This document shows, piece after piece, positions 28,070 through 37,457 of a DNA stretch of 64,000 nt. A program made the translations under genes and the position numbers. The stretch spans positions 4,418 to 68,417 of the forward strand of contig SHYE01000001.1 in NCBI GenBank assembly GCA_009692935.1, given 5' to 3'. Within the stretch, counting starts at the first letter, position 1, and the number at the start of each line of letters is the position of its first letter. The notes below the pieces were generated by a model. That model saw only the letters and a list, made by a program, of their open reading frames with translations, ran no database searches and was not told the DNA's origin. The DNA is from Dehalococcoidia bacterium (lineage in GTDB: Bacteria > Chloroflexota > Dehalococcoidia > SHYD01).

Positions 28070-28834
28070 TTGAGCGGATTCTTCGCCGCACTCGGTTTCC
28101 TGACGGTGATCCCGGTGCCGGGACGATCCTCCGATGGCCGCGATCTCGGCGCATCGCTCCTGTGGTTCCCCGTGGTGGGACTGCTGCTGGGCTTCGTAGT
28201 CGCGGTATTCGACGGCCTGGTGATTGCCGCGCTGGAGGCCAATGGGCCGGCGAGCACTCGCTCCGCGAGCTACCCAGCATTAGCGGTGGCCGCACTCGAT
28301 CTGGCGCTGCTTGCGGTGCTCACCGGCGGCCTGCACCTCGATGGTTTGGCCGACACCTTTGACGGGCTGTTTCACCCCGGGGGGCGGGAACGCCGGCTGG
28401 CAATCATGCGAGACAGCCGCAGCGGGCCGCATGGTGTCGCCGCTTTAGTGCTGGTGTTGTTCCTGCAGGCCGGGGCGTTAGCCGCCGTGCCGGCGTCGGA
28501 GCGGTTTACCACGCTTTTGCTGGCGCCATGCCTAGGCCGTTGGGCCCAGGTCATTGCGATTGCGGCATTCCCCTACGCCCGTCCTGAAGGCCGTGGCACG
28601 CCTTTCCACGTACCGGGGCGGCAATGGCGGGCGCTGCTCGCCACGGTACTCGTGCTGGTGGTTGCGGCCTTCGTATGCAGTGTGGGGCGCGGGACGCAGT
28701 TGGGTGCGGTGCTGGTGGCCACGCTGGGGTTCGGCTGGGTAGCGCGCCGCCAGTTGGGTGGCCTGACCGGCGACACCTACGGCGCTATTTGTGAGGTGTC
28801 GCAGGCGCTGGCGCTACTGCTGTACTGCCGCTAA
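28070..28834 (+). CDS. cobS: Adenosylcobinamide-GDP ribazoletransferase
   Basis: FLTVIP, TGGLHLDGLADTFDG, IMRDSRSG, GGLTGDTYGA. Confidence 0.95.
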   Translation: MSGFFAALGFLTVIPVPGRSSDGRDLGASLLWFPVVGLLLGFVVAVFDGLVIAALEANGPASTRSASYPALAVAALDLALLAVLTGGLHLDGLADTFDGLFHPGGRERRLAIMRDSRSGPHGVAALVLVLFLQAGALAAVPASERFTTLLLAPCLGRWAQVIAIAAFPYARPEGRGTPFHVPGRQWRALLATVLVLVVAAFVCSVGRGTQLGAVLVATLGFGWVARRQLGGLTGDTYGAICEVSQALALLLYCR

Positions 28835-28844
28835 CACCGGCGCT

Positions 28845-29984
28845 TTATACCCTACCCCGCAAGGCAGCAGAGTCGGCCGTGTACCGATGGGCGCGGAAAA
28901 TGGCACGGTTGCGGCGGTCCCCGCGGTGCGGGAACTCGTGGGGATTCACGTACTCCCACACAATGGCGCCGTCGTGCGTTACCTCGAACAGGCGGCCCGT
29001 ACGGCCCTCGCAGATAGCGGTGTTGCCGTTCGACAGGCGCTGCGCCCCGCTGATGCCGGTGCTGAAGAAGGCCAGCTTCGGCTCGCCAGAGTACTCCCAG
29101 ACAATCTCCCCGGACGTGGGGTTCATCTCCACCACCCGTGAGTAGCAGCCGTTGAACCGGTGCTCACCGTTATCGAATATTAGGTAGTTGCCGTTTTCCA
29201 GTCGGCTGGGGTCATGCTGGTGCGAGAGTTGACCGGGGCCCCAGCGCCAGACCACCTCCCCCGAGGGCCGCTCGACGATAAGGATGGTGCTGGTCTGGCG
29301 GAAGCTGAGCAGCAGATTGCCGTCGGGCAGTTCTTCCACGCCGTTGCAGTGCGTCCACTCCTGCCGGCCCTCCAGGGGGCAGATCACCTCTAGCGATGGA
29401 TCCAGGTGGTTGCCGCCGTGCCATTCCCACACGGTTGAGCCATCAGGCGCAATCTCGGAGAGCGCATCGCTGATGATGGTCCCTGCCGCACGCTGCTGCC
29501 CACCCTGCCGCCCTACGAGGTCGGGTACCCAGCAAAAGTCAGCATCGATGATGCCGGGCGCCATTTCGCTGCCCGCGCGGCCGCCCTGCACTCGTCCCGT
29601 CACGCCGGGGTCCAGTACCTCCCAATTGATGACCATGGTATTCCCGTTGCGCAGGCGGCAGGTGTCGTGGTGCAGCGTAGGGTGTTCGTAGCGCCAGACC
29701 AGGTTGCCATCCCAGTCCAGTTCTAAGAGCGCCCCGGCAGCTCCGCCGAAGCTCCAGGTCTCCTTGCCGGTCACGCCCTGCACCAGCAGGTTGCCGTTGT
29801 CCAGAAACTGCGGGTAGAACGGCTTGATGCCGTCGGGCAGACTCCACGTCTTCACCGTCTCGCCGGCCAGATCGATCAGCCGCACCAGGTCGCCCGAGAG
29901 CGTGGCGAAGAGCACGAAGCCGCTGAAGGCCCTGTCCTTGTCCCAATGGGTGACGCCGGTCGGTGCGAACATTGAGTAACCCAT
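28845..29984 (-). CDS. Arylsulfotransferase (ASST)-like beta-propeller, no signal peptide
   Basis: LHHD, WTHCNGVE, HQHDPS, FDNG, SGAQRLSNGNT. Confidence 0.82.
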   Translation of the reverse strand: MGYSMFAPTGVTHWDKDRAFSGFVLFATLSGDLVRLIDLAGETVKTWSLPDGIKPFYPQFLDNGNLLVQGVTGKETWSFGGAAGALLELDWDGNLVWRYEHPTLHHDTCRLRNGNTMVINWEVLDPGVTGRVQGGRAGSEMAPGIIDADFCWVPDLVGRQGGQQRAAGTIISDALSEIAPDGSTVWEWHGGNHLDPSLEVICPLEGRQEWTHCNGVEELPDGNLLLSFRQTSTILIVERPSGEVVWRWGPGQLSHQHDPSRLENGNYLIFDNGEHRFNGCYSRVVEMNPTSGEIVWEYSGEPKLAFFSTGISGAQRLSNGNTAICEGRTGRLFEVTHDGAIVWEYVNPHEFPHRGDRRNRAIFRAHRYTADSAALRGRV

Positions 29985-30220
29985 AGTCCATCCCTTTCAC
30001 CGGAAGCTACGCAGACTATACGGGAGGCTCAGGCCCGGGGCCAGCACCGATCTCGCACTGCCACTGCTACGATGAACGGCATCACTCCGAACGTGAGCTG
30101 AACCCGCCGGCGGGATGTTCCCGTCGCAGGCGCTAACGGGTACCGACGTGCTCGTAAGAGTATTGTCAGAACCGTAGGTTATCGCAGCAATCATTCGGAG
30201 AGATTCGACGGAGGTGCAGC

Positions 30221-30749
30221 GTGCCGAGCGTTAGTGTCGTTAACCTCGTCCTCCTTTTGCCCGCTAGCGGTGTCGATATCAGCGGACGCAACGATCTTTG
30301 GGCGACGCTTGAGCGGGGCTCGCGGGCCATCGAGCGGTGGTACCAGGCCCAGGGCGAACGCGTGCTGCTGGTCCAGCCGGAGATGGTGTCTCACGACTTC
30401 GACCTGAGCGACCTGAACCCGTGGAGCGAGGTGCTCACCCACCTGAGGGCCCGTGGCTACAACTTCGATGTGGCCGACCCCGCCGTGCCAAACCGCCGGC
30501 TGGAGCAGTACTTGGTGTACTTGGCAGGGTGGCAGCCCGCGACGTCGGTCGCCGCCCACGGAGGCATGAGGCTCGCGGTGCTCGGGGAAGCGTGGTATGC
30601 CCTCGCCAAGCAGGGGGGACGGGCAGGATATCGCCAACGCGATCACCGCCCACGAGATTGGACACAGCCTGTATGGCGGCACGCATGATGCCGCCCCCGC
30701 CAAGCTGATGAGCCTGGGGGCCAGACCGCTGAGCATGCAAAGCCTCTAG
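30221..30749 (+). pseudogene. Zinc metallopeptidase-like gene frameshifted at G6 run 30613-30618
   Basis: GGAGG + GTG start; removing one G gives ...DIANAITAHEIGHSLYGGTH...KLMS. Confidence 0.6.
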
Positions 30750-30764
30750 CGAGTGCGCGGCACG

Positions 30765-30900
30765 TAGTGGGGTGTAGCTCGGCTCGCGGCCTTCGGATGA
30801 GCGCGATCGTCCCTCAGCCCGCCCCTGGAACTTCTTAGGAGTCGAGGGGGGGAAGCCCCTCGAACACGCCCGCCAGAAAGGGCTGCCGCCCTCTCGCGCT
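30765..30900. repeat. Diverged partial copy of the MITE-like element
   Basis: gcggccttcggatga...cccgcccc...ggggggaagcccc resembles 40768-40830 and the reverse complement of 54040-54140. Confidence 0.4.
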
Positions 30901-31038
30901 TTTGTCGACCTCACGGTAAGTGCGTCGCACCACTAGCCGGATGCAGCCCCAAGTCTGCCCGCAGCTGGGACTCGAGTGAGCGTGTTGGCAAGTCGTGGGG
31001 CTGCTAGAATGGCCCCACCAACTCACGGAGCAGTCAAC

Positions 31039-31914
31039 ATGCGCATTGGCGTTACCTTTCCCCAAGCCGACATCCCAACCGACCGCGCCGCCGTGAAGGA
31101 GTACGCCCAGACGGTGGAGGCGATGGGCTTCTGGCACATTGCGGTGTACGACCATGTGCTGGGCGCCAACCCGGCGAGCAGACCCGGCCAGCGGTTCTTT
31201 TACAACCACGAGTCGCTGTTCCACGAGCCCATGGTGCTGTTCGGCTACTTAGCCGGGCTGACCGAAACGGTTGAACTGGTCAGCAAGATCATCATCCTGC
31301 CGCAGCGACAGACCGTGCTTGCGGCGAAACAAGCTGCCGCTGTCGATGTGCTGAGCGGTGGACGGCTGCGATATGGCGTTGGCCTGGGCTGGAACGCGGT
31401 GGAGTACGAGGCGCTGAACGAGGATTTCCACAACCGCGGCACACGGCTGGAGGAGCAGGTGGCGGTGATGCGCTCGCTCTGGGCCGAGCCGCTGGTCACG
31501 TTCCAAGGGGCGTACCACACCATTACCGACGCCGGTATCAACCCCCTGCCCATCCAGCGTCCGATCCCGGTGTGGATCGGCGGCGGGGCGGTCGACGCCT
31601 CCTTCGGCCGGATCGCGCGTATTGGAGATGGTTGGTTCCCGCAGGTGCCGGCTACCGGGGCCAAGGAGGCGGTCGAGCGCATGCAGGGCCTGGTGCGCGA
31701 CGCCGGCCGCGACGTGGCCACATTCGGGATCGAGGGCAGCGTCAACTTGAGCCTGGGCGGGCCGCAGGAGTGGGCGGAGGCTACCGACCTCTGGCGCGCC
31801 GCCGGGGCCAGTCATCTGGCCTTCACCACGCTCAACGCCAAGCTTCCCACGTTGGCGGCGCACCTCGACGCGCTGCGCCAATTCGCCGAGGTGGTGGACC
31901 CGCGGGCGGAGTGA
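31039..31914 (+). CDS. LLM-class, probably F420-dependent, oxidoreductase (Rv2161c-like)
   Basis: YDHVLG, FHEPMVLFGYLA, ILPQRQTVLAAKQAA, GVGLGWNAVEY. Confidence 0.88.
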   Translation: MRIGVTFPQADIPTDRAAVKEYAQTVEAMGFWHIAVYDHVLGANPASRPGQRFFYNHESLFHEPMVLFGYLAGLTETVELVSKIIILPQRQTVLAAKQAAAVDVLSGGRLRYGVGLGWNAVEYEALNEDFHNRGTRLEEQVAVMRSLWAEPLVTFQGAYHTITDAGINPLPIQRPIPVWIGGGAVDASFGRIARIGDGWFPQVPATGAKEAVERMQGLVRDAGRDVATFGIEGSVNLSLGGPQEWAEATDLWRAAGASHLAFTTLNAKLPTLAAHLDALRQFAEVVDPRAE

Positions 31915-31954
31915 TCCCCCACGCTTTCCGTTTGTGGTGAACCAGCCTGTGCCC

Positions 31955-31993
31955 CCATCCTAGCCCTCTCCCTTAGGGAGAGGGCTAGGATGG
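31955..31993. repeat. Palindrome of the CCCTCTCCC/GGGAGAGGG family between convergent genes
   Basis: CCATCCTAGCCCTCTCCCT-t-AGGGAGAGGGCTAGGATGG. Confidence 0.8.
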
Positions 31994-32248
31994 CTACGCG
32001 GGCCGGACGATGTTGACCTGGTGCCCCTTCACCTCGACGATCCATCGGGTGTCGGTCAGTTCGCGCGGGTCCCGCACGTCGTAGGCGCCAAACACCAGGT
32101 CGGCCTCGCGTCCGGCCAGCGTGCGCTGCAGCACGTCAGCCTCGTCGGTGAAGCTGATGCGCAGGCGGGTGACCGGCACGCCGCCGACGGTGCGCCCCGT
32201 CCACACGCTGACCACGGTGCCGATATGCAGGCCATCGGGCAGGCTCAT
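31994..32248 (-). CDS. Hypothetical protein
   Basis: 84-aa ORF with beta-rich, protein-like composition. Confidence 0.45.
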   Translation of the reverse strand: MSLPDGLHIGTVVSVWTGRTVGGVPVTRLRISFTDEADVLQRTLAGREADLVFGAYDVRDPRELTDTRWIVEVKGHQVNIVRPA

Positions 32249-32324
32249 GGGCGAGGCTGGGTCGCGGCGGCGTGGTGATGCATGGTGTCAGGGTAGCGGG
32301 GTTGGGGGGCGCAGGCAACGGCGG

Positions 32325-32946
32325 TCACATCCGGATGGCGTGAATCTCCAGGACGGCGGTGCCGTCGGAGTGCTCGGTCCAGTCGAACGAATGGTAATGG
32401 GCCAGGTAGGCTTCGGCGTCGCGTTGCGAGCGAAATAGCCCGTGCTCGTTCAGCCTCGCGAAGTGCTCGGCGAATAGCACTCCCTCTTGGTCGGTGCCGT
32501 GCCAGCGGGGCAGAAAGAGCGCGTCGCAGATGCAACTGAAGTGGTCGGAGTTGGTGTACGCCACATCAAAGCCCAGCAGGCGGGCTTGGGGCGGCAGTGC
32601 CCGCGTGTCGCCCGGCACCCGCTGGAAGATGACCTCGCAGTCCCTCGTATCCTTGCCCAGCGCCCGCCATACCAACCGCAGATCGCCGTAGCCCCAAATC
32701 AGGCTGTCGTCCCACGGCGTGAGTGACTCCAGTCTGGTCATCACCTGCGTCGCTGGGATCGCCACCAGCGGCTTCATGCCTTTCACGGCGCGTTCGGCGT
32801 TGTGCTTCGCACCGTCGGCCATCGAGAGTGCGGCGAGGGGCTCCCGGTCGGTGCCACGGTAGGCGAACGCGCTTCCACCCGCCTGCGATCGCCTCGGTCA
32901 CCAGCGCCGCGTACGGCCGGACGATCAGAAAGCCTGACGTGGCCAT
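32325..32946 (-). pseudogene. Hypothetical gene, probable frameshift near 32880
   Basis: MATSGFLIVRPY... begins 10 nt after the vWA gene; switching frame continues AFAYRGTDREPL into ORF 32325-32822. Confidence 0.5.
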
Positions 32947-32956
32947 GCGGACGCCC

Positions 32957-35900
32957 TTACGTCGTCAACCGTCGATACAGCGCCGGCAGGCGGTGGGGGA
33001 GGGCTTCCAGGTTGCTGACCATCTCGTAGCCCATGTCGCCGCACATCTGTTTCAGGTAGTCGTGGCCCTCTTTGTCGATTGAGACGACGAAGGGGGTGAT
33101 GCCGCGGGCACGCGCTTCCCGGAACGCGGCCTTGGTGTCGTGCACCGCGTACTCGTTCTCGCCGTCGCTATGGCGTTGCATCGTGCTGCCGGTGGCGTCG
33201 TAGCCGTAAACGCCGTAATCCTTATCTTGCGGGCGGCCGTCGGTCAGCAGCAGCAGCAGCTTGGTCTGCGCCTGTGCAGCGGCCAGCTTGGCGGTGGCGT
33301 GGCGCACCGCGGGGCCAATGCGGGTGCCCTGCAGCGGCACAATGCTATCGATGCGGGCCTTCACTTGAGGCGACGCCATCTCGTCCGGTTCCTTCAGCGT
33401 GTAGAAGCGCACCTCGCCCCGGCCCGCGCTCGAGAACCCGTAGATGCCGTAGGGGTCGCCCAGCCGGTCCAGCGCCTCGATCAGCAGCACCAGGGCTTCT
33501 TTCTCCAGCTCGATGATGCGCTTGGTGGCGGTATTGTGGCTCAGCTCCGGCGGCATGCCCGGCGACGCCTCCTGGATGTAGCGCGCCGAGTAGTAGCGAA
33601 TGTCCTCGTCCACCCGCTCGCCGGTGCTGAAGCTCATGTCCAGCAGCACGCTCACCACCACGCTGCGCTCGGTGCTGCGCCGCCGCCAGTAGATCTTGTC
33701 GGCACGGCCATTGCCCGACCGCCTGTCGATCACCGACTCCACCAACGCGTCGAGGTCGAAGTCCTCGCCGTCCAGCAGGCGCTTCACCGGTGCCATGCCC
33801 TGCGGCCGCAGCATCTCGAACTGGCGGCGCACCTGCAGCACTAGGCCGGGGTGCTCTTGCACCGTCTTCTGATAGAACTCGCCCTTGCCCTCGGCCAGCT
33901 TCTGTTCCAGCACCCGGCACCAGCGCTGCCGGTAGCCGCCGATGCGGTAGTCCCACTCGTCGTAGAAGCTGATGGTGCCGGCGTCGTCGGTGATGCTATC
34001 GAACACCGAGGGCGAGCGGTTGCGCATGGCGCGGGTGTCGGGAATCGCCTGATCGGGGTCCACGCTGAACAGCGTCGACTCGGGCTTCTCGTCGTCGTCC
34101 AACAGCACTTGTGGCGTCTTGGGACGGCCGTCGGCCTCCTCCCGCTCCCGCATCTCGTCGGCCACCTGTTGGATGATCCGCTGGATGTCCTCGAACGCGT
34201 TCTGCTCGACGCGCGCCTGCATCTCCATCAGGTTCTGCATCTGCTCCGGCTGCGGCTCGGCGTGGTGGTCCACCGACTGTGGGCTATGGTACGGCGATTC
34301 CGGCTCGTCCCAGGTCATCATCTCGGGCGGCACAATGCCCTCGCCCTCGGCCTTGTTCACCCGATGGAACTCGGCGATCAAATCGTTCACGACGTCGGCC
34401 GCGGGGTCGTAGTGCGCGGTGGTGGGGTCAATCTCCACCCACTCGCTGCGGGGAATGATGTCGGTGGGCAGGTTGGGCACCGCCCGTATCAGAATGTAGA
34501 GCCGCAGCGCGGCCTCGGCGGCGTCCTCCACCGTCGCGGCGTCGCCCTGCCGCCCGCGGCCCGCCAGCAGGTCGACGATCCCCAGCGCCTGCCGCACCCG
34601 CTCGACGAACGCTCGCGGCGCCTGCAGCGGGCACTCGGGATCCAGGCTGTGGCGGATGAGCTGCTCGACCACGAACTCGCGCAGCGGCAGCAGGGCGGCG
34701 TCGGGCCGGCGCTCCAGCGTGTGGCGTTGCACCGTGCCATAGGCCGACCGGATACCGCGGTACTCGCCCCACATGCGGGCGTCGATGCGGGCGTCTTCAG
34801 CAATGGCAAACACGTCGCGGCCCAGCCGCTGGTGGCGGAACAGCGTGAAGTAGCGGTCGAGCTGGGTGGGGAAGAGCGTCGGGTTGGCGCCGCCCGTCTC
34901 CACCTCGGTGCGGACCGTCGGGAACACTGCGCCCGGCGTCTCGAACCCGAAGCCGTAAGTGCCAAAAGTGAAGTGGCCGGTCTGGTGCGCCACGTTCACC
35001 TTGTACACCGAGAAGTTGGCCTCCTTGGTCGGCAGCCGATCGACCAGCGGCGCGGCGAACACCGTGGGCATCGGGGTCTCACCGCTGTCCTCGGGCGTCC
35101 AAGTGCCCTGACGCAGCGCCAGCCCCGCGGTGGTGATCAAGTTGACGGAGCGCCCGGTGAGCCCTTGCGCGTACATCCGCAGCACCTCCCGCACCTCCTC
35201 CAGCGCGATGCTCGGCGAGAGCGCCCGCACGTTCTCCAGCGAGGTGCGCGACAACAGCGAGAAGTAGTTCACCGCCTCCTCTTCGAGCGCCGGCAGCAAA
35301 TCGTGGCCGCCGCGGTACCACTGCGGCAGTGCGTCGTCGGTCAGCCGCTCGGCCACGTTCTCGGCGGCGCGGGCCAGCGCGAAGGCGGCGCGGGGCGAGG
35401 CGTGCGCCAAGTCGATGGTGAGGTGCAGCATGGCGGCCTTGCGCTCGGGGTCAGGCAGCCGACGCCACAGGACGGCCTCGTGCAGCAGGTTCATGGCCAC
35501 GCCGGGCCGGGCGGCCACCAGCGGATCCATGCGCTCGAACAGCGCGCCGAGTTCGGCGGGCGCCAGCTTAGGGAAGAACTCGGCGCAACACCAGGTGACG
35601 GTCTCCAGCACCTGCGGATGGTGCGCCACCGTGCCCTGCATGATGCGCAGCAGGTGACGCTGCAGCGGCGGCCGCAGCCGTCCCAGGTTGCGCAGCAGCG
35701 AGGTGAGCAGCGCCGCCGACTCCAGGTGCGACTCCGGCGCGTGCCGCAGCGCGATGCGCATAAGCCCGGTACGCACCGACCGCGGAATGTTGGCTCCCAA
35801 CCCCAGCGCCGCCAGCGCCACGTGCCCGCCATCCTGAAACCGCCGGGCCAGCCGCAGCGCGCCGTTGGCCCACTCCAGCATGCCGCTGGCGCCGTAGACC

Positions 35901-36067
35901 GCGATGGCCTCCGGGGTGCGGGCGCATAGCTCGGCGGTGGCCTGCGGGCTCAGGGTGTGGCAGGCGGTCACCGCGCGCTCCCAATGCGCCAAAGCGCGGA
36001 GCGGCAGCAGCGGCGTAACCGCGGCGAGCGCCGGCCGGTAGGCGGCGGGAATCGAGGGGGTGGTCAT
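32957..36067 (-). CDS. Large NorD/CbbO-like vWA-domain protein (1036 aa)
   Basis: YDEWDYR...YRQRWCRV, DGEDFDLDA, MIDAS DMSFS / GTRIGPAVRHA / LTDGRP. Confidence 0.9.
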   Translation of the reverse strand: MTTPSIPAAYRPALAAVTPLLPLRALAHWERAVTACHTLSPQATAELCARTPEAIAVYGASGMLEWANGALRLARRFQDGGHVALAALGLGANIPRSVRTGLMRIALRHAPESHLESAALLTSLLRNLGRLRPPLQRHLLRIMQGTVAHHPQVLETVTWCCAEFFPKLAPAELGALFERMDPLVAARPGVAMNLLHEAVLWRRLPDPERKAAMLHLTIDLAHASPRAAFALARAAENVAERLTDDALPQWYRGGHDLLPALEEEAVNYFSLLSRTSLENVRALSPSIALEEVREVLRMYAQGLTGRSVNLITTAGLALRQGTWTPEDSGETPMPTVFAAPLVDRLPTKEANFSVYKVNVAHQTGHFTFGTYGFGFETPGAVFPTVRTEVETGGANPTLFPTQLDRYFTLFRHQRLGRDVFAIAEDARIDARMWGEYRGIRSAYGTVQRHTLERRPDAALLPLREFVVEQLIRHSLDPECPLQAPRAFVERVRQALGIVDLLAGRGRQGDAATVEDAAEAALRLYILIRAVPNLPTDIIPRSEWVEIDPTTAHYDPAADVVNDLIAEFHRVNKAEGEGIVPPEMMTWDEPESPYHSPQSVDHHAEPQPEQMQNLMEMQARVEQNAFEDIQRIIQQVADEMREREEADGRPKTPQVLLDDDEKPESTLFSVDPDQAIPDTRAMRNRSPSVFDSITDDAGTISFYDEWDYRIGGYRQRWCRVLEQKLAEGKGEFYQKTVQEHPGLVLQVRRQFEMLRPQGMAPVKRLLDGEDFDLDALVESVIDRRSGNGRADKIYWRRRSTERSVVVSVLLDMSFSTGERVDEDIRYYSARYIQEASPGMPPELSHNTATKRIIELEKEALVLLIEALDRLGDPYGIYGFSSAGRGEVRFYTLKEPDEMASPQVKARIDSIVPLQGTRIGPAVRHATAKLAAAQAQTKLLLLLTDGRPQDKDYGVYGYDATGSTMQRHSDGENEYAVHDTKAAFREARARGITPFVVSIDKEGHDYLKQMCGDMGYEMVSNLEALPHRLPALYRRLTT

Positions 36068-36113
36068 CGGGTCGATGTTCCTCTAGCGCAGGTGTGGGCC
36101 GCGGCGCGAACGA

Positions 36114-36253
36114 CCCTCTCCCTACCCTCTCCCTGCCAGGGAGAGGGGTATCGGCCGCGGGGCGAGACGCTCGCCGTGGGGCTAACAGCGGGAGATAAGC
36201 CACCGTCGGGGCGAGGCACTCCCTCCCTTGAGGGAGAGAGCCGGAGAGAGGGT
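36114..36253. repeat. Two inverted CCCTCTCCC...GGGAGAGGG units
   Basis: Units at 36114-36148 and 36219-36253. Confidence 0.7.
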
Positions 36254-36356
36254 GGCCCGCCGTACATCGAATAGCACGCCGCGGCATCTCGATCGCGCAG
36301 CGGCGACTGGACCTTACGCTGTCCTGGCATCGTGATGCTCACGGCTGCGGCCGGGC

Positions 36357-37235
36357 CTAGGCGAACACGGTGGAGGCCAGCTCCCGCAGTGTGCGCTGCA
36401 TATCCGACTCATCGCTGAGCGCCGACACGATGGCCACGTCGCAGGCTCGGCGCGGCGGGATGCCCTGCTTGATGAGCCGGCCGGCGTAGATCAGCAGGCG
36501 GGTGCTCACGCCCTCCTGCAAGCCGTGCTCGGTGAGGTTCCGCACCTTCTCGGCCAGCTTCGCGAGGTCGAGCGCGGTGCCGGCGTCCACCCCGCTCTCG
36601 TGCTCGATGACCTCGGCCTCAAGCGCACGGGGCGGGTAGCTGAACTCCAGGGCGATGAAGCGTTGGCGGGTGCTGTGCTTCAGGTCCTTCAGCACGCTCT
36701 GGTAGCCAGGGTTGTAGCTGATAACCAGCATGAACCCATCGTCCGCGGTCAGCACCTGGCCCAGCTTCTCGATTGGCAGAATGCGGCGGTGGTCGGTGAG
36801 TGGGTGAATCAGCACCGTGGTGTCTTTGCGGGCCTCCACCACTTCGTCCAGGTAGCAGATGGCGCCGGCGCGCACCGAACGGGTGAGCGGACCGTCCATC
36901 CAGATGGTGCTGTCGCCCTCCAGCAGATAGCGGCCCACCAGATCGCTCGCGGTCAGGTCCTCATGGCAGGCCACCGTGATCAGCGGCCGCGCCCCCGAGG
37001 CGCCGTTGCTCGATCCGTTAGGCCGGACGGCCGCCACGTTCCTGCCCAGCCGCCAGGCCATGTGCTCCACAAAGCGCGTCTTACCGCAGCCAGTGGGACC
37101 CTTCAGCAGCACCGGAATGCGTTCGTCGAAGGCGGCTTCGAACACCTCAATCTCATCGTGCTGAGGCAGGTAGTACGGCTCCTCGGTGGCGACATACTCT
37201 TCCATCGCAAACAGATGCTGGGCTACCTCGGACAT
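36357..37235 (-). CDS. CbbQ/NirQ/NorQ-family AAA+ ATPase
   Basis: [61 protein letters not shown]. Confidence 0.95.
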   Translation of the reverse strand: MSEVAQHLFAMEEYVATEEPYYLPQHDEIEVFEAAFDERIPVLLKGPTGCGKTRFVEHMAWRLGRNVAAVRPNGSSNGASGARPLITVACHEDLTASDLVGRYLLEGDSTIWMDGPLTRSVRAGAICYLDEVVEARKDTTVLIHPLTDHRRILPIEKLGQVLTADDGFMLVISYNPGYQSVLKDLKHSTRQRFIALEFSYPPRALEAEVIEHESGVDAGTALDLAKLAEKVRNLTEHGLQEGVSTRLLIYAGRLIKQGIPPRRACDVAIVSALSDESDMQRTLRELASTVFA

Positions 37236-37457
37236 AGGCGACTCCTGGCGGGCAGGTCATGGTCTGCCGCTGCGCTTTGACTGGTTAGCACAAGCATAGC
37301 GCCTTGGGTCAACCGCGGCCAGAGCGCGCGGCGCAGGACCATACGAAGCGTCACCGTGGGTCGTCTGGCTCTCGGGCGGCGAGCTTAGCGGATATGCGGG
37401 CATTTCCCCGTAAACTGGCGTACCATGTGCCGCAACGCCGCCGGTCGAAGAAGCGCA

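Noticed and set aside
30000..30220. Possible riboswitch or ncRNA in the divergent intergenic region
   Set aside because: Only short motif resemblances; I could not build a consensus structure. An Infernal/Rfam scan would decide
33851..35929. 692-aa plus-strand ORF, and similar long antisense ORFs (7397-8344, 19345-20568, 56820-58151)
   Set aside because: Shadow ORFs opposite well-supported genes, expected at high GC
36064..36342. 92-aa ORF between the AAA and vWA genes
   Set aside because: Largely made of palindromic repeat sequence; no recognisable protein features
32957..37235. Evidence of denitrification or carbon fixation
   Set aside because: Only the accessory AAA/vWA pair is present; no catalytic subunits in the window
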